Shown piece by piece: positions 1-7,658 of a stretch of DNA of 16,961 bases (position 1 is its first letter; each line of letters starts with the position of its first letter). Location of the stretch: contig CAVUWV010000035.1 in NCBI GenBank assembly GCA_963745075.1, positions 1-16,961 on the forward strand, in the 5' to 3' direction. The notes below the pieces were generated by a model, which saw only the letters and a program-made list of their open reading frames with translations, did no database searches and was not told the origin of the DNA. This DNA is from Candidatus Hydrogenedentota bacterium (GTDB lineage Bacteria; Hydrogenedentota; Hydrogenedentia; Hydrogenedentales; SLHB01). Made by a program: the position numbers and the translations under genes.

Positions 1-953
1 CGGGGTCGTCACCCGGGAATTTAATGAATCGGACGTGTCCATCCATGTAGAGCACGTTGCAACCGCCCGGAATATGATTGAAGTTTTCAATCGCGACGGC
101 AACGCGATCCCACATAATGGGGACTTCACTTTGTGCTTTCGCCGAACCAGCAGGATTGTTGATGTCGGTGATGAGGAATCGCTCAATCCCCTCTCGGAGA
201 CGGGGCTCGATCCCTCCTGTTCCCATCGGCGGAACCCCGAGCGCTGCGCCAGCAGCAGACATCACATCGTTAACGTCGATATCAGAATCCGCGAGTTCGT
301 CATATGACGCATATCCCAGTATCGCTGCACCAAGATCATCATCGACGACAGTTCTCACGGCAAACATCGCTGCCAGGACATCGTAAGACATTCCGGTGGA
401 AGCAATTGCAGTGAGAAGTTTTGCCGTACTGGAATCCCGATTCAGCGTGGTAAAAGCGGTCGCGTTCAGGGTTTCTTTGGGCTGCCCTTGAAGCGTGTCT
501 TCTGGCTTAAGGAGCCAGCCGAAGTAGTTGTAGGACTCATTGTCGAACTTGCAGGGTAGAATCGGAAGATTCGGATCGCCGCCGACATGCCAGTCCTCTT
601 TCAACGTCTTCTGGCCTTCAGCATCCGAAGGGCAGATCGAATACCCGCATCCGTCAGGTATTCCGGATACAGTTCCGCCCCTTCAAAGAAGAATCCTGCC
701 CCGCTGGGTAGATCGCATACACCCGGCGTAGTCCCCTCAGTCATCGTCGACATGTGGGGATACTTCTCCCCTTCGATTCATTGGAGTACATCTTAAAGAT
801 AATGCCCATTTGCTTGAGATTGTTCTGGCAGCTTGCCCGCCGAGCCGCTTCCCGCGCCCGTGCCAACGCGGGCAGCAGGATCGCGGCCAGAATGCCGATG
901 ATGGCGATTACCACGAGCAATTCGATAAGCGTAAACCCTCGTTTGCCCTTCAT
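1..953 (-). CDS. Prepilin-type N-terminal cleavage/methylation + DUF1559 (SBP_bac_10)/H-X9-DG-like protein, copy 1; two apparent -1 frameshifts; runs off the window start
   Basis: ATG at 953 after RBS GGAAAGGGA; begins [48 protein letters not shown]. Adding one base at the C4 run (768-771) and one near 638-640 gives a continuous frame: SKGEKYP...LYPEYLTD...ICPSD...ESYNYFGW...[32 protein letters not shown]...[27 protein letters not shown], colinear with copies 2 and 3. Confidence 0.88.
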
Positions 954-1002
954 AATAGTTGTCCCTTTCCAGTTCTTCTTACTGACTCACGACACCGATA
1001 TG

Positions 1003-1041
1003 AACCGCGGCATTCGTCTGTGACGAACACGTACCACGGAA
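1003..1041 (-). ncRNA. Candidate cis-regulatory 5'-UTR hairpin, copy 1
   Basis: mRNA reads UUCCGUGGU ACGUG UUCGU CACAG ACGAA U GCCGCGG UU; same two-stem fold as 2816-2853 and 4391-4429. Confidence 0.6.
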
Positions 1042-1156
1042 TGCGCACCTCGAAAACTCGCTTCACGCCCAAAACTCGATATTCGTCACAATTGCCCTGA
1101 GGTCCCAATCATCCAACCCGGTTACCGCGCCCGGTACGGAACCCCGGCGGACGTGA

Positions 1157-1170
1157 CGACATCGTTGTCA
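1157..1170 (-). promoter_or_regulatory. LacI-type operator TGACAACGATGTCG (copy 1)
   Basis: Identical 14-mer at 2970-2983 and 4568-4581; imperfect palindrome with central CG; starts 6 nt downstream of the -10, over the predicted TSS. Confidence 0.75.
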
Positions 1171-1176
1171 TTCCCT

Positions 1177-1205
1177 AATGTAGCAGGGATTCCGGTTTCT
1201 GTCAA
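1177..1205 (-). promoter_or_regulatory. Sigma70-type promoter TTGACA-N17-TACATT, extended -10 (TGc)
   Basis: -35 at 1200-1205, -10 at 1177-1182, 17-bp spacer; the architecture repeats upstream of all three paralogs. Confidence 0.8.
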
Positions 1206-1668
1206 TGGGAAAGAAAGGGCGAAAATTCCCTGTTTTTTGCCCTTTTCCCGCGTCTCGTCCCAAGAAACGGCATTTCTTGGCGTGCCCAAATTCGGTCTTG
1301 GAGTCGTCCTGCCCCGCGCACCCCCGCCTTTGCGATCCTGAGCAGGGATTCTCACGCGCACAGCGTACCCACATCGCAACCTCTTTGTGTGTTGAGACTT
1401 CGGACAATAGCCGCACTCCCCGGACTATATGGTGTGCGTGCGAAAATCCCGAGAAAGACTGTAGGCTCACTGTAGAACACGAATCCTGGATTCTGGTTTG
1501 CGGTGAATCAGAGTTTTTGACGACGGTGTTCGCCGCGCGCAGCTATCTCGAAAGACTCACTCGCACGATTCGTCCAATTCCTGCCGAAGCTTCCAGCAGT
1601 GGCCGGCGTCTCGCATGTCGCATTGTCGGCATGGCGCTTTCCGATGGAAGCGGGCCGCTCCAACGGAC

Positions 1669-1696
1669 AAAAAAGGGCCCGGCCGAAGCCGGGCCC
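1669..1696 (-). terminator. Intrinsic terminator of DUF1559 copy 2
   Basis: Minus strand GGGCCCGGC-UUCG-GCCGGGCCC-UUUUUU, 28 nt after the stop codon. Confidence 0.9.
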
Positions 1697-1724
1697 GAAA
1701 CGAATTGGATGCTGAGACTGAACG

Positions 1725-2774
1725 TTAGTCGTTGGCAGCGACGATGACCGCCATGCTCTTGTTCACAACCGTACCGGTCGGATACTTCTCGAATTTGACA
1801 TGCCCGTCCATGAATAGCACGTTCGAACCGCCCGGAAGATGGTTGAAGTTCTCGGGGTGCGCCGAAACCAAGTCCGCCATGACGAAAACTTCGCTCTGGG
1901 CTTTGGCGCCGGCAGCCGGGTTGTTGATGTCGGTAATCAGGTAGCGCTCGATCCCTTCGCGCATACGGTAGATCGTGTCGCTATTCCCGTTGCCATGACC
2001 GGCGCCAGGGCCACCGCCCAGGTCCAGATTAATGTTGGCGGCTTTCGCGGCTACCCGGTTGAGAGTGTCGAAATCGGTCGGCGACACGCCGCCCGTAATC
2101 GCGGCGGTAACGGCTGCTTCGATAGCGTCTGCAACCTGTCCCAACGCAGCCGTAGCGCCAACCACCTGGAGGGACAACAACTCATCGCCGGTAATCACGC
2201 CTTCGTCAATCAGGTCTTGGACATCGCTGGACAAAGCCGCGACCGTGGACGCCGGGATATCCTGCGAATCGGCCTGATCGATCATCCAGCCGAGGTAGAA
2301 ATAGCTTTCATCTGACGCGCTGGTACCCATATCCGATTGATCGCAGGTGATCCAAAACCAGTTTTCCTTTGTCTCCGGGTTCTCGAGAATCCCCGGGTCG
2401 GATTCCGACGGGCAAACCGTCACATTCGGGTCCGACAGATACTCCGGATAGATGTCGGCAACGCGGGCAAAGAAGGCATCTCCACCGCTTGTGTCCTTCG
2501 GCGGAGCCGCCAGAATATCCGCATTCGAGCCGCCCGCTTCGCAGTCGTACCCTGGGAATCCACCAATTTCGATGATCGGATACACTTCACCGTCGCTTTC
2601 GTTGGCGAACATTTTCAACACCAAACCAAGTTGCTTGAGGTTGTTCTGGCATGACGCTCTTCTGGCCGCTTCGCGCGCACGCGCAAGGGCAGGCAACAGA
2701 ATTGCCGCCAAGATCCCGATGATCGCAATTACTACAAGCAATTCGATCAATGTAAACCCTCGTTTACTCCTCAT
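1725..2774 (-). CDS. Prepilin-type N-terminal cleavage/methylation + DUF1559/H-X9-DG-like protein, copy 2 (349 aa)
   Basis: [19 protein letters not shown] type IV prepilin motif (G-1, F+1, E+5); [16 protein letters not shown]-terminal [17 protein letters not shown]. Start placed at ATG 2774 from RBS GGAAAGGGGA and the alignment with copy 3. Confidence 0.93.
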   Translation of the reverse strand: MRSKRGFTLIELLVVIAIIGILAAILLPALARAREAARRASCQNNLKQLGLVLKMFANESDGEVYPIIEIGGFPGYDCEAGGSNADILAAPPKDTSGGDAFFARVADIYPEYLSDPNVTVCPSESDPGILENPETKENWFWITCDQSDMGTSASDESYFYLGWMIDQADSQDIPASTVAALSSDVQDLIDEGVITGDELLSLQVVGATAALGQVADAIEAAVTAAITGGVSPTDFDTLNRVAAKAANINLDLGGGPGAGHGNGNSDTIYRMREGIERYLITDINNPAAGAKAQSEVFVMADLVSAHPENFNHLPGGSNVLFMDGHVKFEKYPTGTVVNKSMAVIVAAND

Positions 2775-2815
2775 AACACACATCCCCTTTCCATTTTACT
2801 TATGACTCCGAAATA

Positions 2816-2853
2816 AACCGTGGTTTTCGCATTGGCGAACACAGACCACGGAA
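2816..2853 (-). ncRNA. Candidate cis-regulatory 5'-UTR hairpin, copy 2
   Basis: mRNA reads UUCCGUGGU CUGUG UUCGC CAAU GCGAA A ACCACGG UU. Confidence 0.6.
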
Positions 2854-2969
2854 GACACACCAGGAAGACCGACCTACCATTAAGCTATGATGCCCGAATA
2901 TATTGGATTTGTCTTGACGGCGGGGAAACCCCAGTTCTCGCGCCCACTACCGAGCCCCGGAGGGCAACG

Positions 2970-2983
2970 CGACATCGTTGTCA
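2970..2983 (-). promoter_or_regulatory. LacI-type operator TGACAACGATGTCG (copy 2)
   Basis: Identical to copies 1 and 3; here it starts 15 nt downstream of the -10. Confidence 0.75.
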
Positions 2984-2998
2984 CCACCCAACATAGGT

Positions 2999-3027
2999 AA
3001 TGTATCAAGGAATCGGATTTCTGTCAA
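2999..3027 (-). promoter_or_regulatory. Sigma70-type promoter TTGACA-N17-TACATT, extended -10 (TGa)
   Basis: -35 at 3022-3027, -10 at 2999-3004, 17-bp spacer. Confidence 0.8.
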
Positions 3028-3243
3028 TCCGAAAAATGGGGCAAAACACCCGTTTCCGCTCCCGCATCTCGGTTCGTCAGACTTGGCAGTGGTGTTTAGG
3101 GCGGAAAATTAGCGCGGCTGGAAGCCGTGTCTACGCTGGCCGCCGTCTAACTGATAGTAGGTGATGAACTTAGGGAATCCAGGGTCTCGGAAACGGCCAC
3201 CGAGTCCATCGTTCCACGCCGGAAATCCTAGCGTTGTAGGAAC

Positions 3244-3270
3244 AAAAAGGGCCCGACCGAAGCCGGACCC
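3244..3270 (-). terminator. Intrinsic terminator of DUF1559 copy 3
   Basis: Minus strand GGGUCCGGC-UUCG-GUCGGGCCC-UUUUU; differs from the 1669-1696 stem only by changes that give G-U pairs. Confidence 0.88.
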
Positions 3271-3298
3271 TTTACTACACGAAGTCGGAAACTGATGA

Positions 3299-4348
3299 CT
3301 AGTCGTTCGCAGCGACGATAACCGCCATGCTCTTGTTGACAACCGTACCGGTCGGATATTTTTCGAACTTAACATGACCGTCCATGAACAGCACGTTCGA
3401 ACCGCCCGGAATGTGGTTGAAGTTCTCAGGGTGCGCCGAGACCAGGTCTGCGGACACGAAAACCTCGCTCTGGGCTTTGTTGCCGGCCGCCGGATTGTTG
3501 ATGTCGGTAATCAGGTAGCGCTCGATCCCTTCACGGATACGGTAGATCGTGTCGCTTCCACCATTACCATAGCCGGCGCCAGGGCCGCCACCCAGATCCA
3601 GATTAATGTTGGCAGCTTTTGCGGCTACCCGGTTGAGGGTGTCGAAATCGGTCGGCGACACGCCGCCGATAATCGCGGCGGTAACGGCCGCCTCTACGGC
3701 ATCTGTTACCTGTCCCAATGCATCCACAGCACCAATCACCTGGAGGGACAGCAACTCATCTCCGCTAATGTAGCCTTCATCAATCAGGTCTTGGACATCG
3801 CTCACCGCAGCGGCAATCGTGGACGCCGGGATGTCCTGCCCATCCGCCCGATCGATCATCCAGCCGAGGTAAAAGTAGCTTTCATCAACAGCGCTGGTAC
3901 CCATATCCGATTGATCGCAGGTGATCCAGACCCAGTTTTCACCGGATTCGGGATTCACAAGAATCCCCGGGTCCGATTCCGACGGACAAATCGTCACGTT
4001 CGGGTCCGTCATATACTCCGGATAAATATCGGCAACGCGGGCAAAGAAGGCGTCCCCACCGTTTGTGTCCTTCGGCGGTGCGGCCAGGATGTCCGCGTTG
4101 GTGCCACCCGCTTCGCAGTCGTATCCGGGAAATCCCCCGAGTTCGATGAGGGGGAAAACTTCTCCTTCACTTTCGTTGGCGAACATCTTGAAAATCAGCC
4201 CGATTTGTTTCAGGTTGTTCTGGCATGACGCCCTTCTGGCCGCCTCGCGCGCACGCGCCAAGGCGGGCAACAGGATTGCCGCCAAAATACCGATGATCGC
4301 GATTACCACGAGCAATTCGATCAACGTAAACCCTCGTTTACTCCTCAT
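3299..4348 (-). CDS. Prepilin-type N-terminal cleavage/methylation + DUF1559/H-X9-DG-like protein, copy 3 (349 aa)
   Basis: Same motifs as copy 2; by manual alignment about 36 substitutions in 349 aa (about 90% identity) and no indels. Start ATG 4348 follows RBS GGAAAGGGGA. Confidence 0.93.
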   Translation of the reverse strand: MRSKRGFTLIELLVVIAIIGILAAILLPALARAREAARRASCQNNLKQIGLIFKMFANESEGEVFPLIELGGFPGYDCEAGGTNADILAAPPKDTNGGDAFFARVADIYPEYMTDPNVTICPSESDPGILVNPESGENWVWITCDQSDMGTSAVDESYFYLGWMIDRADGQDIPASTIAAAVSDVQDLIDEGYISGDELLSLQVIGAVDALGQVTDAVEAAVTAAIIGGVSPTDFDTLNRVAAKAANINLDLGGGPGAGYGNGGSDTIYRIREGIERYLITDINNPAAGNKAQSEVFVSADLVSAHPENFNHIPGGSNVLFMDGHVKFEKYPTGTVVNKSMAVIVAAND

Positions 4349-4390
4349 AACTCTCTTCCCCTTTCCAATCTTAATTATGACTCCGTCATG

Positions 4391-4429
4391 AACCGCGGTT
4401 TTCGCACAATGCGAACACGCACCACGGAA
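4391..4429 (-). ncRNA. Candidate cis-regulatory 5'-UTR hairpin, copy 3
   Basis: mRNA reads UUCCGUGGU GCGUG UUCGC AUUGU GCGAA A ACCGCGG UU. Confidence 0.6.
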
Positions 4430-4567
4430 AACACACTGTACAATTCTGCCTACCGTTAGGTAGAGCCGAACAGGCCCTGTATGCGTTTTGCCAGGAAGGA
4501 AATCCCCGAAATCCCCCGCATTAACCCCCAATTGCTCGGGCCCGCAACCGAACCTTGCCGAGCACCG

Positions 4568-4581
4568 CGACATCGTTGTCA
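4568..4581 (-). promoter_or_regulatory. LacI-type operator TGACAACGATGTCG (copy 3)
   Basis: Identical 14-mer, 6 nt downstream of the -10. Confidence 0.75.
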
Positions 4582-4587
4582 ATACAT

Positions 4588-4616
4588 AATGTAACAGGGT
4601 TCTTGATTTCTGTCAA
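4588..4616 (-). promoter_or_regulatory. Sigma70-type promoter TTGACA-N17-TACATT, extended -10 (TGt)
   Basis: -35 at 4611-4616, -10 at 4588-4593; the IS end lies 10 bp beyond the -35. Confidence 0.8.
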
Positions 4617-4625
4617 TGGGTAATT

Positions 4626-5950
4626 CAGGGCAATCGCATTAAAAGTCATACCTGCATGAGGAGTTCCTCGAGGTAGTCGTTGTTCCATGCGGCTTGCTTT
4701 CGTTTTCCCTTTACGCCGCGTTTACTGGACTTGTTTCTCTTGACGGTGTTGAGGGCAATCTTGCGGATGGTGTTCATGTTTTCGGCGGCGTGTCCGATTC
4801 GTATTCGGGACTGGTCTTCGTTGAAGGCCACGTCGAGCACCCAATGCAGGCTGTTCTCGATGCCCCAGTGGCTTCGGATGCTTTGTGCAATGGTGGCCAC
4901 ATCCTCATCCTTGGCGCTGGTGATGAAGTAGCGGTCTTCGACGGACGTGTCTGCCTTAAGGGTCCGTGTGGCGCGGCACATCACCATGCCACGCAATCCA
5001 GGCCATTTGTCGGCCGTGCCCAGACCCGCGATGTCCTGGGTATACCAGTACTGGCGCTGCTCGATGCGCCCGTGCCCCTTGTCCAGCGTCTCGTGGTAGT
5101 GGTGCTCCATGTGGGCGAAGCCGTCGGCCATGGCGTGCTTGAATTCCATTTCAACGTCCTCGGCCAGGGTCTCCTGGTTGCCTTTTACGGCCAGCAAGTA
5201 GTCGGCGTGGGCGTCGATGATGGTCTTGGCGATCCCGCGCTGACATCCCATCGCGTCGATGGTGACCAGACAGCCCTTCAGGTCCAACTGGCGTACGAGT
5301 TCGGGAATGGCGGTGATCTCGTTGGACTTCTCGTCCACCGTAACCTGCCCCAAGGCCAAGGAAGATTCGCGTGCCCACGCGCTCACTACATGGATGGCCT
5401 TCTTTCCCCTGCCCTGGTCATGGGAACGCCGGGCCGTCTTGCCGTCGATGGCTACTAGGCCCCGGACCCGCCCCTGAATGGCTTTCACCCACTCCCGGAA
5501 GGCTTCCTCGAATTGGTCGGGGTCCAGCAAGCTGAAGACCCGGCCAAAGGTGTCGTGAGAGGGGATACCATTGGGGAGCTTGAGGAAGGTGCGCAGCCAA
5601 TCCTGCTTGGCGTGGCCGAAGTCGGCGATCTCCGTCCAGCTATCGGCGCCGGCGATGGCGGCACAGACGGCGATGGCCATGATGTCGAGCAAGCTATGCT
5701 GCTTCTTGCGGTCCAAGCGGGGGTCCTCGACGCGCCCGAAACACGAAATGAATACGCTGCCATTTTCCGTCATTGGGTTCAATCTCCCTCGTGGTTTGGT
5801 TTCCGGGGAGAGGATATGTTTTCAGATAGTTATATATCAAACTACTATTACTTCGCAGATCGATCCCTCCTGGGAATTCAAGCGGAATACACGGGGTCAC
5901 GGACGCGGAGGCGTAGCTAGCGGCGCAGAACTTTTAATGCGATTGCCCTA
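4626..5950 (-). mobile_element. ISAs1-family insertion sequence (1325 bp)
   Basis: Terminal IRs CAGGGCAATCGCATTAAAAGT (4626-4646) and ACTTTTAATGCGATTGCCCTA (5930-5950), 20/21 match; flanking 10-bp direct repeat ATGGGTAATT at 4616-4625 and 5951-5960; encloses one transposase gene. Confidence 0.95.
4646..5773 (-). CDS. ISAs1-family (H-repeat associated) DDE transposase
   Basis: Motifs DPR...H.L.DI, PNGIPSHDTFGRVF, AIDGK..R.S, KSNEITAIP.L, VTIDAMGCQ, VKGNQ, GHGRIE.R, R.HWGIENSLHWVLDV.FNED; open frame. Start ATG 5773 (alternative TTG 5782). Confidence 0.96.
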   Translation of the reverse strand: MTENGSVFISCFGRVEDPRLDRKKQHSLLDIMAIAVCAAIAGADSWTEIADFGHAKQDWLRTFLKLPNGIPSHDTFGRVFSLLDPDQFEEAFREWVKAIQGRVRGLVAIDGKTARRSHDQGRGKKAIHVVSAWARESSLALGQVTVDEKSNEITAIPELVRQLDLKGCLVTIDAMGCQRGIAKTIIDAHADYLLAVKGNQETLAEDVEMEFKHAMADGFAHMEHHYHETLDKGHGRIEQRQYWYTQDIAGLGTADKWPGLRGMVMCRATRTLKADTSVEDRYFITSAKDEDVATIAQSIRSHWGIENSLHWVLDVAFNEDQSRIRIGHAAENMNTIRKIALNTVKRNKSSKRGVKGKRKQAAWNNDYLEELLMQV

Positions 5951-6132
5951 ATGGGTAATTAAAGGCAAAGCCGAACTCATTTCTTGCTTGGCGGGTAATC
6001 GGCCTCGGCGGGCATTCGGCGCGTAATCTGATTCGAAAGTGGCGCAGGAGACTTTCCGGTATTGAACCGCGAAGCCACGCGGTGCCTAGCGGGCGGGAAT
6101 CCTGGATTCTCCGCTCCAGCCAGCGAAATTCC

Positions 6133-6160
6133 TTGACAACGTTGTCGGGAGTAGGGTAAT
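6133..6160 (+). promoter_or_regulatory. Probable lacI promoter -35 (TTGACA) overlapped by palindromic operator TGACAACGTTGTCG (autoregulatory site)
   Basis: Perfect 12-bp palindrome GACAACGTTGTC at 6135-6146, one mismatch from the three DUF1559 operators. TTGACA at 6133-6138; the -10 is uncertain (GGTAAT 6155-6160). Confidence 0.7.
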
Positions 6161-6319
6161 TAGTAGGGGTAGGGTAACGTGGCCACGGGGCATGCACCGA
6201 TCCGCGTAGGCTGAAGTTTAAGGGGGCGCATCCGAAAAGACGAACGCGAGTCATTGGCAGGCGTCGAAGCTGCGAGCCTTGCCTCCGAAGTCCCATAACG
6301 AATCCTGGGTGAACGTGGA

Positions 6320-7420
6320 ATGACGAAGCAAGTAGACTATGTAGACAAGAGGGACCGGGTGTCTTTCATATGGACCATGCAAGAAATCGCCCGGGAAGTT
6401 GGGGTATCTACCAAGACCGTGAGCCGGGTTGTGAACGGAGAACCCGGCGTGCGCGAGTCAACCCGGTCCCGGGTGTCCGAGTTTATCGAGCGCGTCGGAT
6501 ACCACCCTCACGTCGGTGCGCGCAGTATGCGCAGTCAGTACCGGGATTGCATCGGGTGCACCATTCCGGCTCCCATGAGTGACGTGCCGGTCCACGAAGA
6601 TTTCTTTATTCGGCTCTTTTCACACTTGTATCGCGTTTTCGGGTCTCGCGGGAAGTACATCTGTTTCGATCTGAACCCCTACTTTGGCTCCTCCAATGGG
6701 GATTACGCCCGGGGATTGTTCGAGGGACGGTTTGCCGGTTGCGTACTCTGTGGTCCGTTAAGTCCCGACGACACTGCCATCCACCGGATTCATGGCTCGG
6801 GACTTCCCTATCTCGCGTTTGGACGTCTCGATAGCTTGCCCGAGTGCAGTAGCGCCGCCGTGGATTACGAAGCGGCGATGCGCTTATCGGTTTCCCATCT
6901 GATCGGGCGAGGCCATAAGCGGATCGGCGTGCTCAAGGGGTTTCATGGATATCAGCCCGGCGAGGAGCGCCGCCGAGGGTTTATCCGGGCGCACGCCGAT
7001 GCCGGGGTGAAGGCCGACGAATCGCTTCTCGCGGACGTGTCGTTCGCTGCCAACATTCTCACCGGCGCGGTGCACCGGCTGCTCCTGGACCCCACCGTGA
7101 CGGCGTTAATCGATTCCAGCGGCGCCGAAGATGCCGCGAGTATCCGCGAGGGATGCCGCCTCGCGGGCCGCAAACCGGGCGAAAACGTAGAGATCGTCGC
7201 GTGGACCTATTCCGAAAAGGCCGCCGTGCTTCCCGAAGCCGTGGCGCACGTGTGGCTTCCCGTTTGGGAGGCCGCCACCGAGGGCCTGGAGCGCCTCGCG
7301 GGATGGTTTGATGGCGATGGCGATGGTCCCATTCACGTGTTGTACCCGCCCACGCTTTCCGAGACGTTGACGCTTCATCAGGTGCTGAAACCGCAGCCGC
7401 TCTTTGATGTCAATCCGTAG
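6320..7420 (+). CDS. LacI/GalR-family transcriptional regulator
   Basis: HTH TMQEIAREVGVSTKTVSRVVN, hinge GYHPHVGARSMR, effector-domain motifs VDYEAA...HLIGRGHKRIG and ERRRGF. Start may be GTG 6359 (AGAGGGA upstream). Confidence 0.93.
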   Translation: MTKQVDYVDKRDRVSFIWTMQEIAREVGVSTKTVSRVVNGEPGVRESTRSRVSEFIERVGYHPHVGARSMRSQYRDCIGCTIPAPMSDVPVHEDFFIRLFSHLYRVFGSRGKYICFDLNPYFGSSNGDYARGLFEGRFAGCVLCGPLSPDDTAIHRIHGSGLPYLAFGRLDSLPECSSAAVDYEAAMRLSVSHLIGRGHKRIGVLKGFHGYQPGEERRRGFIRAHADAGVKADESLLADVSFAANILTGAVHRLLLDPTVTALIDSSGAEDAASIREGCRLAGRKPGENVEIVAWTYSEKAAVLPEAVAHVWLPVWEAATEGLERLAGWFDGDGDGPIHVLYPPTLSETLTLHQVLKPQPLFDVNP

Positions 7421-7658
7421 CGTCTGCGGGAGTCGCCGGTATCGACTCGGAAATATCGTGTCACTGGATCGCTGATCGATCCGTAGTCCCGCTGTGATGC
7501 CAAGGCGGACCAATCTCGATACGGCAGTCTGCGTCTCGAATTCGCCGAGCTTTGAATCGCGAGCGCGTCTTTTTCCCGATTTCGGTTCCGATCGTCGTGA
7601 TTCCGCGCTTTGCTCTATGCTAGACTCGGGTTTCAGTTGCGGTGAGGGTAAACGTACC

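Noticed and set aside
1205..1747. 180-aa plus-strand ORF and other short ORFs between copies 1 and 2
   Set aside because: No recognisable motifs or RBS; they overlap a promoter and a terminator; probably non-coding.
2775..2970. Known riboswitch (c-di-GMP-I/II, SAM, TPP, cobalamin) in the DUF1559 leaders
   Set aside because: I could not find the diagnostic conserved motifs by eye; only the short hairpin is shared. An Rfam scan is needed to be certain.
1725..4348. Diversity-generating retroelement or silent-cassette (pilS-like) antigenic variation
   Set aside because: No reverse transcriptase or recombinase; differences are not adenine-specific; every copy has its own promoter and full N-terminus.
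4349..4582. 78-aa N-terminal extension of copy 3 in the ORF track
   Set aside because: It spans the operator and leader; the RBS and paralog alignment put the start at 4348.
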